64,000 nucleotides of DNA from Hyaloraphidium curvatum SAG 235-1 (Eukaryota; Fungi; Monoblepharomycota). Position numbers and translations under genes: made by a program. Within the stretch, counting starts at the first letter, position 1; each line of letters opens with the position of its first letter. Where the stretch lies: positions 248,001-312,000 of the forward strand of contig JAIVFI010000022.1 in assembly GCA_025558095.1 (NCBI GenBank), in the 5' to 3' direction. Shown piece after piece: positions 11,350-21,945 of the stretch. The notes beneath the pieces were generated by a model. The model searched no databases and was not told where the DNA came from. It saw only the letters and a list, made by a program, of their open reading frames with translations.

Positions 11350-12684
11350 ATGGAAACCGGCGCGCGCGTGGCGGTTGAAGCCGTCCGACCGGACGCGGTT
11401 CTTTGCATGCAGGAGCGTCTTCTGTGGATCAAGGCGGCATGTCTGGCCTGCGGGCGCGCCGACGCGGCTGTGAGGCGCTGCGCAGGGTGCCAGACGGCCC
11501 CGTACTGCTCCAAGGAGTGCCAGCGCGCGCACTGGCCCGCGCACCGCGAAGCGTGCCAAGTCCTCCTCTATCCTCTGGACTTTTCCTGGGCAGCGATCGT
11601 CGGAATGGGCGACGGCCTGCGCGCGGGGTTCACCCACGGACCGGAGATCTCGCGCTCCAAGACCACGACCGTCTGCCCCACGCTCAACATCACCTGCGAT
11701 GCGGCGGGCACTCCAGGCTCTCTGTTGGTTACCATCGCCAATGCTGAGGGGGAGCTCGCTCGGCGCGTGCTCGGAGGATGCGAGAGCACTGGGACTGCTT
11801 TCGCTCCCAACCTCTTCAACTTGAACGCGATCTGGAGCTCGCGTACCGGTCTCGAAATGCACCTGGCGATGCCTGATCTTCCGCTTGTCGGCACGAAGGA
11901 ACCGCACAGCGACCCGCGCGTGCTGACCCCTTTGCGGGCGCTGCTCAACGGGGGCGGGTTGCTCATGCTCGCGCTGATGAAGGACCTGGGGATCAGCGCC
12001 AAGATCTTCTACGACATCCACACCGCGAGCACTGCGATGCCGGCGCTTCCGATGCAGCTTGCCGAGTGCTTCACTTACCAGCCGACGACCAGCAAAGTCA
12101 AGCGCATTGCAGCCGATGGAGACGTCAGGCCGCCGTGGATTCCCGGATCGGAGAACTGGGAGTTCCTGCACCGCTTCGTGCCCGCCGCCCCTGTCGCAAC
12201 GCCCACCGCGCTCGATCCGAGCAACGGAGACTCCCCGCTCTTCTTCCGCAGCACGCCTCCGGCCGGGACCTACGCTCCGGATGCGATCGAAAGCCGCGTG
12301 CCGACAACCTCGCACCATCCGGGCCCCTTCTTCGCTCTCCCTGGGGACGCCGTCGCCGGCTTTGCGCTCTGCACCGCGCTCTCGGAATTTGCTCCCAACC
12401 CCCTGGGCCTTGCCGCGGGGATGCACGCGCCGTTCGTGCAGATCAATGCGCACACGGGCGGCTTCCGCATGCTCGCGGCCGACGGATGGAGCTTCGGCAC
12501 GGTACCTGCGTCAAGGATGGCCAACTTCGTGCGCGGGGCGGGGCAGCGGTGCACCGATTGCGAGGGCGCAGAGGGACCCGAGGGGTGGCGGTGGCCTCCG
12601 AGGAAGAACGCGATCAGCGAGGAGCGCGATCGCAGGTTCGGCGTCAAGGCATGCGGTACCCACAACGCGTCGTCTGCGAAATGA
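11350..12684 (+). CDS. MYND zinc-finger protein, intronless (start uncertain)
   Basis: CLACG...RCAGCQTAPYCSKECQRAHWPAHREAC; remainder unrecognised. Confidence 0.8.
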   Translation: METGARVAVEAVRPDAVLCMQERLLWIKAACLACGRADAAVRRCAGCQTAPYCSKECQRAHWPAHREACQVLLYPLDFSWAAIVGMGDGLRAGFTHGPEISRSKTTTVCPTLNITCDAAGTPGSLLVTIANAEGELARRVLGGCESTGTAFAPNLFNLNAIWSSRTGLEMHLAMPDLPLVGTKEPHSDPRVLTPLRALLNGGGLLMLALMKDLGISAKIFYDIHTASTAMPALPMQLAECFTYQPTTSKVKRIAADGDVRPPWIPGSENWEFLHRFVPAAPVATPTALDPSNGDSPLFFRSTPPAGTYAPDAIESRVPTTSHHPGPFFALPGDAVAGFALCTALSEFAPNPLGLAAGMHAPFVQINAHTGGFRMLAADGWSFGTVPASRMANFVRGAGQRCTDCEGAEGPEGWRWPPRKNAISEERDRRFGVKACGTHNASSAK

Positions 12685-12969
12685 GGTGGCGTGATTCACG
12701 TCAGCGATTCGTCGATCAGAACAGAATCAGAATCGGGAGCGGCAATCCGCAGCGAAGAGATGGCACCCGGCTAGCATCGATCCGCGTGCTGTGCTAGCTC
12801 CTTCCGTGCTTATTGTCCCACTTATGTACTCTCCAAAATTGGATTGTATTGTCTTCAATGAGTTTAGGATCGATGTCGGTTCGAAAGCCCAGTATGTCTC
12901 CCGGCACGCCGGCGACGACAGGGTCTCCCCCCGACTGCCTTTTCCATCACGCACACACCCACGCGGCCA

Positions 12970-14155
12970 ATGGCGGCCGCCGCCCCGCACTCCGCCCCCC
13001 CGGGGCCCTCGTCGACCGCCCCGGCGCTCCCCGTCGTCGACCTCTCCTCGCCCTCCCCCGCCGCCCTCCTCCACGCCACCCACGACGTCGGCTTCATGTA
13101 CCTCTCCCTGCCCTCTGCCTCCCCGTCCCCGCGGCCGCTGGGACCCTCCCACGCCCAGGTCGCGCGGATGTTCGCCCTGGCCAAGGAGTTCTTCTCCCTG
13201 CCGGCCGAGGAGAAGGAGCAGTACATGCTCGACGGGTCCTACTTCCTCTTCAAGCCCGACACCAAAAAAACCGGCTACGAGCCGTGGGACTCGATCGGCG
13301 TCAACAGGGCCGGCTCGTTCGACGTCAAGGCGACGCTCAACTTCCCCGTCTTCGGGATGGAGCAGCTGGACGGGTGGTACGCAAACAAGCAGCACCTGAT
13401 CCCGCCCGTGTTCCGGGAGCACTGGGGCGAGGTGGCGGCGTTCTGCGACGCGTGCCACGGGCTGGCGATGGAGACGCTGAGGGCGCTCGCGAGGGGCCTG
13501 CTTCTTGAGGACGAGGAGTACTTTGTGAAGCGGCACAGGATGGACAGGCCGAGCGGGACGTACCTGCGGTTGCTCTACTACGTGGGTGGTCCCCCTGGCA
13601 GGGGAGTGCGGAAAGCTGATGCCGCCCCGCCAGCCCGCCATGGACTCCTCCACCGAGGACATGGAGTCCTCGGGGCGGTACCGCACGCCCGGCCACACGG
13701 ACATCGGCTCCCTGACGTTCCTGTTCCAGGACCGAGTTGGCGGGCTGCAGGTCCGCAAAGGGTACGCGACCGGCCCCGAGGGCCGGTGGGTCGACGTGCC
13801 GCCGCGGGACGGCACGGCGGTGGTCAACATCGCGGACATGATGCAGTTCGTCACGGGAGGGTACCTCAAGTCGACGTTCCACCGGGTGGTCGCGCCGGCG
13901 CCGGACGCCTCGCGCAACCCGCCGCGGCAGTCGATCGCCTATTTCTTGCACCCCAACGACGACGAGCTGCTGGCTCCGGTGCCGTCGCCGGTGCTGCCCG
14001 CGGCGGGGTCCGGCGCGGGGGTGACTTACAAGGAGGGGGAGGCGGTGACGTTCGTGCCCACGAGCAAGGAGTGGAGGGCGCACCGGCACGCGCAGACGCA
14101 GTTTGTCGACGGGGCCAAGGATGGGATGGGGGGCGGAGGGAAGGAGAAGCTCTGA
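12970..14155 (+). CDS. 2OG-Fe(II) oxygenase (DIOX_N + IPNS-like), one intron near 13583-13633
   Basis: LPVVDLS...DVGFMYL; HTD (HxD), STFHRV, RQSIAYF (RxS). Confidence 0.9.
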
Positions 14156-14316
14156 TTGTTGCAGTCTTGGACCGTGAACTGTCTTCGGAACGTGATGTGT
14201 CGCAGAAGGGCGTCTGCACGGCGCGTCCTCGATCCCCCACTTCCCCGAACGCGCTCCCGCCTCTCCCTTCTTCCGTCCAGGCCTCGCGTGCCATCGCGCG
14301 CCTCCATGCGCGGCGC

Positions 14317-15363
14317 ATGGCACTCCTCCCTGCGCGCGTGCCGCTCCCGCGCCTCCTCGGCGCGCTTGCCTTCCTCGCGCTGCTGCCGCTCCTCCTCCCC
14401 GCGCTGCGCGCCTCGGGTCCCCGGCCCCTCCGCGTCGCGGTGTGCGTCGCGGGCCTCGCCGCCCGTCTGGAGCCCGACTTCCTGCTCCGCGCGCTCGTTC
14501 TGGCCAACCCGGCGGTGCGCTTCTCGCTCTTCTTCCGGTTGCAGTCGGACGTGACGGCGAGCGGGGACAAGCCGCTGGACCTCCACAGCACGGCCGGCAA
14601 CGCGAGCTTCCTCCCCGGCAGGTTCGCCGGGCTGCCCGAAGACGCGCTCGCGGCGGAGTTGAGGAAGACGTTCGCGCCCGCGGGCAACGTGGAGCTGCTG
14701 GACGCGCGGCTGGCGGACCCCTTGCCGCGGGCCGAGTGGACGGAGCGGATGGGCGGCTCGGACCTCAAGGTCATCGGCCTGTTCTCGCCGATCCAGCACA
14801 AGGTGCTCAACATGTTCCAGAACCAGCTCTCGTGCGCCGCGGCGGTCAGGGAGGCCGAGGAAACGCGCGGGGCGTACGACCACCTCGTCAGCACGCGCGA
14901 GGACGTGTGGTTCTTCCGCCCCGTGGACATGGCCCGCCTTTCGGAAGCCGGGCGGGGCTGCGAGCTCGCGGCGAAAAAGTGCCTGGCGTGGGGCGGCCTG
15001 AACTTGCGCTTCCAAATGTACACCGGCCCGCGCAAGCTCGACGCCCTGGCCAGCCGCCTGGCGTACTACCGCAACCTCTCTGACGCGCGGGACAGCGTGG
15101 TCAACACCGAGATGTTCGAAGGGAGGCAGGTGCACGAGATGGGCCTGCGGAGGTGCCTGCTCCCCGTGGGCATGATCCCCGCGGCCGTGGCGAGGCACGT
15201 GGCGGGGGGGAGGTTCTGCATCCTCCAGGTGGAGTACCGGACCGAAGAGGAGGAGTGCTATCCTCCGGGGGCGCTGGATTGGCTGCGGGCGAGGGACTGC
15301 CACGCCGGACGGCCCGCCGACTGGAGGCCAGTGGAGAACCCGGGCGACGCGATGCCGCCGTGA
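14317..15363 (+). CDS. Hypothetical membrane-anchored/secreted protein, possibly glycosyltransferase-like, intronless
   Basis: N-terminal hydrophobic LLGALAFLALLPLLLP; RVAVCVAG; YDHLVSTREDVWFF; GC3-biased coding pattern. Confidence 0.6.
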   Translation: MALLPARVPLPRLLGALAFLALLPLLLPALRASGPRPLRVAVCVAGLAARLEPDFLLRALVLANPAVRFSLFFRLQSDVTASGDKPLDLHSTAGNASFLPGRFAGLPEDALAAELRKTFAPAGNVELLDARLADPLPRAEWTERMGGSDLKVIGLFSPIQHKVLNMFQNQLSCAAAVREAEETRGAYDHLVSTREDVWFFRPVDMARLSEAGRGCELAAKKCLAWGGLNLRFQMYTGPRKLDALASRLAYYRNLSDARDSVVNTEMFEGRQVHEMGLRRCLLPVGMIPAAVARHVAGGRFCILQVEYRTEEEECYPPGALDWLRARDCHAGRPADWRPVENPGDAMPP

Positions 15364-15443
15364 GTCTGTAGCTGTGACAGGAACTGCAAAGCTTTAAGCC
15401 TATACACTGCTGCTACCCAAGTCTGCTACCCAAGTTACCGGGT

Positions 15444-17841
15444 TTACGTGTTGCCAAGGCTTTTGGCGCCCTCGATGGCAGCGACCACCTCCCCGATCTC
15501 GGGCCGCTCCGCCGGCTCCTGGCTCCAGCACCTGACGCACACGTCCCACAGCGCGGCCGGAGCCCCCTCCGGCATCTTGGGCACGAGCCCGTGCGCCACG
15601 CTGCCGTGCGCGCGCGCCCCCGCCGTGCCCTTGGACAGCGCACGGAAGATCATATGGGCAAACATGAACACGTCCGCCGACCGCCGTGCCGGTTCGCCGT
15701 CCAGCACTTCCGGGGCCGCGAAAGCGACCGTGGTCCCGTGCATGCCCCGGTACGTGTACTGCTTGGACCCCGTCGCGACGAGCTCCTTGGTCCGCGAGAA
15801 CCCAAAGTCGCACACCCTGCCGCGGCCGCCGTCCACGAGCACGTTGGGGAGCTTGAGGTCGCAGTGGATCACGCCCGAAGCGTGGAGGTGCTCGAGCCCG
15901 CGGGCGGCGTCGGCGAGGATGGCGAGCGAGGTGGCGAGGTCCCAGCCCGCGCGCGCGAGGTAGCTGTCGGCGTCGCCGTCCGTGCAGAGCTTGGTGACCA
16001 TGTAGGTGGGGTTCGTGCGGTACCCAAGCAGCGAGAGGACTATGCGCGGGCGAATGAGGGTCTGCGGATGGCTTCGGCATCAATCGCGACCTACCATTCT
16101 GATGATCCGGCACCCCGATCCACACCCTGATCTCGGCATCAAACAGCGCGGCCCGCTCTTCATCCTCGAACTTCTCGTGGATCACCTTGATCGCCACGTC
16201 CTGCCCGTCGAACCTGCCCGCAAACACGTCGCCGAACGCCCCCGTGCCCAGCTTCCTTTCCGAGAACATCTCGATGTCGGCCTTTTCGATCCAGAGGTTG
16301 CGCTCCTTGCTGTGCTTGGAGAGCTCCTTGCGGGCCAGATCGAGCTCCCTCTGGGCCGTTGCCAGGGCCTGCTTCGCGGCGGCGAGTTCCTTTTGAAGGC
16401 GCAGGATCTCGGCTTCCGCGTCCGAGGAAGGTCCGGCGGGAGCCCCGACGACAGCGGGGCTTCCACCACCCTCGATCACGGTGCGGCTCGACGTCGCATC
16501 TTTCCCGCCGGACCCGCGCTGCTGGTCCGCATTCTCCCCATCCCCTTCCTCCTTCTCGGAACCGTAGAGCCCGACCTCGACCAGCACCCTCACGACCTCG
16601 GCAATCTCCGCATCCTTCTTCCTCTTCTCCTCCGCCGCGATCCTTGCGGCCTCCGCATCCGCCTCCCGCACCTTCCTCGCGACCTCGGCGCCCGACTCCC
16701 CCGCCGCGTTGCGCAGCGTCACGTCCACGCGGTCCGTCCGCTTCAGCAGCGCCGCGATCACGGGCGCGTGCTTGTTCCGGCACGCGAGGATGAACCCCGT
16801 TTCGCCGGCGGCGTCGGCGGCGTCGGCGTCCACGCGGGGTTCGGCGAGGAGCAGCTCCACGGCACGGAGGTGCCCGGATCGGCAGGCGAGAGCGAAGCCG
16901 GTGAGCCCCGAGGCGTCGCGGGCGTTGGGCTCCAGGGCCTGGTCGGCGAGATGCTGGCGGATGGCATCGAGATCGTTGGTGCTGCAAGTGTTGAGGAAGC
17001 TCTTTGCGGCCGCCTGCCGCGCAGCTTCCTGTCGTGCTGCCTCCTGGCGTGCTGCTTCCTGACGCGCGGCCTCCTGTCGTGCGGCCTCCTTTCGTGCGGC
17101 CTCCTGACGTGCTGCTTCCTGACGCGCGGCCTCCTGTCGTGCGGCCTCCTGCCGTGCGGCCTCCTTCCGCGCGGCTTCCTCACGGGCGGCCAAAGCTCTC
17201 GCCTTCCGCCCGGAGTCTGACGCCAATTTCGCTATGTCCGCCTTCAGAGTGTCGGATACGGGGTTATTAGTAAGAACCACTTGCGTTATTGACGGGCTGA
17301 GCTCAAGTCCAGCAAGGAGAGCACGTGCACCATCATCGCCGATGGAGCTATTCTGCAAGTCCAGCGTTGTGAGCGTCGAATTGACCGCAAGCATTTCGGC
17401 AAAAGCACGTGCGCCATCGCATCGGACGCTTTGGGACCGCAAACCAAGCGCCGTCAGCTTCGTGTTGTTCTTCAAAGCATTTGCGAGAGCCCGAACGCTG
17501 TTGTCTGTAAAGGGACCCCAAAGAACGAGGACCTTGAGCCCGGTAGACTTTGCTTTCAGCAGTTCGGCGAAAGCGCCTGTGCCCGCATCCCCAACAGCGT
17601 TTCCGAGCCATAGATATTCCAACGTCGAGTTTGTTTTCAACGCGTCGGCGATTGCGATGGCGCCCTCGTCCCCGATAGAGTTGTTGTGCAGGTCAAGTTG
17701 CGTCAACGAACGTGCCGACGCATCCTTCAAGGCCACGGCAATGGCCCGGGCAGCGACATCGTCAAGTTTTTGATCGTAAGCATAGCCAGTTATTTGTCCC
17801 GCGAACTTCTGCCGCCAGTACGCCGCATCCCCCGTGGACAT
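15444..17841 (-). CDS. LRR (RNI-like) + helical repeat + ankyrin + coiled coil + TKL-type kinase; intron 16040-16094
   Basis: LTQLDLHNNSIGDEGA-type LRRs; GLTGFALACRSGH and GETGFILACRNKH ankyrin repeats; kinase GTGAFG, VAIK, HCDLKLPN, DFG, APE. Confidence 0.85.
17014..17178 (-). repeat. Coding 15-bp tandem repeat, 11 copies, encoding EAAR(Q/K)
   Basis: Eleven consecutive units such as ctgtcgtgcggcctc on the + strand; a ~43-nt block recurs at 60-nt spacing. Confidence 0.95.
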
Positions 17842-18010
17842 CCCTGTGGTGCCGCCCGCGGCCTCCCCGCCCGAATCGGCCTCCCGGCGGGGCGCACCCG
17901 AGGCGATTACAGCGGCGCGATGCTGCGCTCGCCGGAACCACCGAGTGCCGCCCTGGGAACGCCCGCGGCGGGCAGACGGTTGCGGGGGATTTCGGTCAGG
18001 CAGTGCTTGC

Positions 18011-18355
18011 TTAGACCTTTCTGCGCGCGCCAACTTCTACCCTCTGATCGTGATTGCTTTTGGTTCGTACAGCGCCGTCTCTGACACTTTCTCGCGCTTC
18101 TCCTCGGAGATAGGGCGCATCCAGTACCCCGGGATCGTCGGTCGCGATGGGCAGCCCGTGGACCTCGATGGCCTTTACTCTCGTTTTGTGCGGCGCTTCC
18201 GCGAACGGATCGCGGTGGCCTGGGCTCTTGGCGTCGCGGCCCAACTCCAACACTGGCTTCAGCTGTGCACCGAAGCCGCCGCTGTCAACGCTCCGGCCCC
18301 CGCGCCGGTCGCTTTTGGTTTGAATGTAGATGAGGAGCTGATTCTTGGGGCGTAG
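18011..18355 (+). mobile_element. Possible 5'-truncated remnant of an RLE-type (CRE-like) non-LTR retrotransposon
   Basis: FYPLIVIAFG...RFRERIAVAWALGVAAQL resembles the C-terminus after the restriction-like endonuclease; no ATG, TSD or poly(A) seen. Confidence 0.35.
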
Positions 18356-18969
18356 GGGGATTTCTAAGTGTACGGTTGGATTGCTAGCTCCTCATTACAA
18401 AAGATCGCGCGTTTCGTCTCGGCTTCCGACGTCTCTGCGTGTGGCAGGAACCTCAACTCCCACGCTGCGACCCCCGGCCCACCCTGCATTGCGACGGATG
18501 GGAATGCGGGCAGGGGGGTGCGCGATCGGGCCCTCCTATTCTCGGGGCCAGCGCCACCATCGCACTGTGGAGACGGCTGCCGGAGGCACTTATCGACCGC
18601 ACGCCGAGGGAGGTGGTCCGCACGGAGACGACCGCGGCGGGTGTTCCGTTCTCGGCCACGTTCGCGCGGGGCTGATCGTTGAACGCGCCGATCGGCGTGC
18701 TCATGCACTCGGACGCCGGCGACGGAACCACGGAACCTGCGGCGGCCAACGACCTCGGGCGGCGGAGCAAAGGCACGGACGGCGACCCTTGCGGTGCCCG
18801 CGATCGACGCGACGTCGCCTGCGGGAGAAGCCATGTGCTTGGCACAGCAAGGGGACCCTCTTGGCACCGACGCGGAGCCCATCCCGGACCCGCACCCGCA
18901 CCCGTAGCGACAGAGGGGTATCCTCGTTCCACCCATCCCCACTACACCGTCGATGGCAAAGCCAGCTAG

Positions 18970-19998
18970 CTACCCGATCCACCCCCTCCCCCTGCCCTTG
19001 CCCTCGGCACCCCGTGGGCGAAGCAAGCCCGCGTGGTCGGTGCCCTGCAGGAACCCATAGATCGGCGCGCGCGGGGGCTCGAAGAACGGCGGGGGGTCGG
19101 TGGGTGTTGTCGGGGGTGAGGGGAAGGGGGAGTGCCCCGGGGGAGGGGGGGAGAGGCGGTCCTCCGACGAGGAGACCGAGGCGGAATCGGAGGCGGGGTA
19201 GGCTGATGATGGGGCGGGGAGGCGGAAGGCGGGAGTGGGGGCGGTGGGCGCCGAGGAGGGCAGGTGCGGGGGGGATGCCGACGCGGGGCGGCGGGCAATG
19301 TCCGGGACGAGGGGGGCGGCGGCGGGCAGGTCGCACGCGCGGAGGTGCAGCGCGGCGGTGAGCCGGTCGAGGCCGAGCAGGGAGAGGATCTCGTCGTAGG
19401 GGATGGACCAGCTTGGCTGCTGGGGGGCGGGTGGAGGGGAAGGGGCGGTGGTGGCTTCCGGGACGGGGTCGTCGGGGCCGTCGACGGCGATGTCCAGCGC
19501 GTCCAGCGCATCCAGCGCCCCCGCCACGACGTCCGCGTCGTGCATGTCCGCGTCCGTCTCGCCGGAGTTGGCTGCCAGGGGGTTGAGCGACACGCGCACG
19601 GTCAGCGGGCACGGCGGCGGCTCCTCCTCGCACAGCACGACCGACGGCGTGTGCTCGTGCTCGAAGAGGTGGTCGTACGGGTCGTCCGGCACGTCTGGCG
19701 GCAGCGACGCCGAGTGCGCGGCGTCGAAGTGCGCGCACAGCTCGTGCAGCGAGGCGAGGGCCACGCCGCAGCACGCGTAGGCGGCGGGCAGCTCGGCGGC
19801 GTCGTCGTCCGCGCAGGAAATGTCGACGTCGGGCGCCGGCAGCAGCGGCGTGCCGGGCGGCGCGGGCAGCGGCGAGGAGGTGCCCCACCGCGCGCCCGCG
19901 GCCACGTCATCGCGCGGCGGGCCGCCGGGCGGGTCCGCCGCCGGCTGCGGGCCGCCGGTCCGCTCCAAGGCGATGCCGCGCTCGGCCGCGGCCGCCAT
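18970..19998 (-). CDS. Pro/acidic-rich hypothetical protein with one Sfp1-like CC...H...H zinc finger
   Basis: YACCGVALASLHELCAHFDAAH resembles the N-terminal split finger of fungal Sfp1; the rest is low complexity. Confidence 0.5.
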   Translation of the reverse strand: MAAAAERGIALERTGGPQPAADPPGGPPRDDVAAGARWGTSSPLPAPPGTPLLPAPDVDISCADDDAAELPAAYACCGVALASLHELCAHFDAAHSASLPPDVPDDPYDHLFEHEHTPSVVLCEEEPPPCPLTVRVSLNPLAANSGETDADMHDADVVAGALDALDALDIAVDGPDDPVPEATTAPSPPPAPQQPSWSIPYDEILSLLGLDRLTAALHLRACDLPAAAPLVPDIARRPASASPPHLPSSAPTAPTPAFRLPAPSSAYPASDSASVSSSEDRLSPPPPGHSPFPSPPTTPTDPPPFFEPPRAPIYGFLQGTDHAGLLRPRGAEGKGRGRGWIG

Positions 19999-20795
19999 CG
20001 TCCGTCCGGGAGGCGTCTCCGCGCGGGCACGCGGGCGGGCCCCGGCAGACCCCGGGTTCGCCCGACCGCCCGCCGCGGCCAAGCAACGGGGCGCGAAGGC
20101 CCCGCCGGTGCGCGGCGATAGGCCGCGCCGCGTGCGCGAACTCCCCCCCGCGCCGCGAGCGCCGCCGGCGCGCCGAGGCACGTCAGGCCGGTTTGTCAGG
20201 GATCCGGGACCTGACGACGAGCCGCCCGGCCGGTCGGGCGCATTCATCCCGATCGAGTCCCCAACGCTGGCTTGCCACCGCGGGGCGCCGGAGTTCGGGG
20301 CGATTTTATTCGAGCAGGCTGCAAACTTCCAACACCCGCTGCCCGCCGGCGCCGCCCCCCCTTCTTCCGTTTGTCCGCTGCGGCGCCACACTCCGCCCCG
20401 CGGGCCGGGCCCTCAACGGAAAAACCCGCACGCGGCCCGACGCCCCCGATACTGTCGGATCTGGGATCCTCCGGCAAGCCATCCGCCGCCGGTCGAGGGC
20501 CGGATGGGGTTCGCGGAGTCGGCCCGGGCGGGATCCCTCAGCCCAGATAAGGCGGCCGGTGCCAAGAAGCCGATCGGCTCGCTCCGGCGCGCGGGCTCGC
20601 TCCGAAAAGCGGACTTCGATCATCTTCGCCTGTCAGTTGAGACCGACTGCCTTTCCGGCGGGCCGTTCGCGCGCACCGGCGTTTTGTTGGCGCCTGCTTG
20701 GCCGCACCCGCCACTTCCGCACGGTCACGGCCCTGCGTAGACCGGGCCGACTAGCAAACGCGTTGGGAGACGCACCCCCCCTCCAACAGAACACG

Positions 20796-21945
20796 ATGTC
20801 GTCCCGCGTCGCGCAGCTCCTCTCGCACCTCGCCTCGCCCGCCTCCGATGCGGCCCCCACGGCCCCGGCCCCCGCGAGCGGCGAGGCGCCGCACCCGCAC
20901 GTCCTCTTCGACATGTCCGGCAAGGTCGCCGTGGTCACCGGCGGCTCCCGCGGGCTGGGTAATCCGCTCCCTCCCATCCGACGGATCCCCGCTGATGGAA
21001 CGTGTCGGGGCAGGCCGGCAGATGGTCCTCGCCTTTGCCCGCCTCGGCGCCGACGTCGTGATCGCCTCGCGCAAGCTGGACGAGTGCGAGAAGGTCGCCG
21101 CCGAGGTGCGCGCGCTGGGCAGGAAGGCGCTGCCCATCTCGTGCCACGTGGCCAAGTGGGACGAGTGCGACAAGCTGTTCAACGCGACGATGAAGGAGTT
21201 TGGAAAGTGCGACGTGCTGGTCAACAAGTGGGCTTTCCTGCCCTCGGGACGCCGCGTTTGCGATGCTGACGCGTTTCGCGTGCCGTGCAGCGCGGGCATG
21301 TCGCCCTTCTACAAGTCCCTGGCCGACATCACCGAGGACTACTGGGAAAAGGTCCCCTCCCCTTGCCACCGCCCCCACCCCCGCTCACCCCCCTTGCAGG
21401 TCGTCGGCGTCAACCTCCGCGGTCCCTTCCGCCTCTCGGCCCTCTTCGGCACCGAGATGGCCAAGGGCGCCGGCGGCTCCATCATCAACGTCTCGTCCAC
21501 GGCGAGCATCAAGCCGTCGGCGATCGAGGTGCCCTACGCCGCCGCCAAGGCCGGCCTGAACAACCTGACCATGAGCACGGCGGTGTCGTTCGGGCCAAAG
21601 GTGCGGTGCAACTGCATCGTCGCCGGGCCGTTCCTGACCGACATCTCGACGGTATGCCGCCGCCGCCGGACGCCGTTTCCGCCGAGCATCCGCTGACCCC
21701 GTCGGGACGGACGTCCAGGCCTGGGACATGGAGGCGTTCAACAAGCGCGCCGAGCGGTTCCCGCTCAAGCGCGGCGGGCAGCCCGGCGAAGTCGTGGGCC
21801 TGGCGGTGCGTCCGCGGTGCGGGACGCGGCTCCGCGGGGGGCTGACCGTCCGGATCCGCAGGTGTACCTGGCGTCGGGCGCAGGCAGCTTCCAGACGGGC
21901 GAGTGCATCGTGCTCGACGGGGGGGCGCACCTCTCGGGGCCTTGA
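20796..21945 (+). CDS. Classical short-chain dehydrogenase/reductase with PTS2, 6 exons
   Basis: VVTGGSRGLG, NNAG across an intron, INVSS, YAAAK; N-terminal RVAQLLSHL matches PTS2; five GT-AG introns. Confidence 0.92.

Noticed and set aside
12970-15363. 797-aa oxygenase-membrane protein fusion
   Set aside because: Artefact of reading through an intron into the wrong frame; the oxygenase stops at 14155 and a separate gene starts at 14317.
15410-15437. 13-nt direct repeat ctgctacccaagt as a target-site duplication
   Set aside because: The copies are adjacent with nothing inserted between them; most likely simple slippage in a 3' region.
17014-17178. CRISPR-like array
   Set aside because: Head-to-tail 15-mers with no spacers, in frame within a CDS.
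20000-20790. Genes or ncRNA in the GC-rich spacer (also 18400-18960, 21950-22320, 43760-44280)
   Set aside because: ORFs are low complexity with no recognisable motif; no tRNA or rRNA structure was recognised anywhere in the window.
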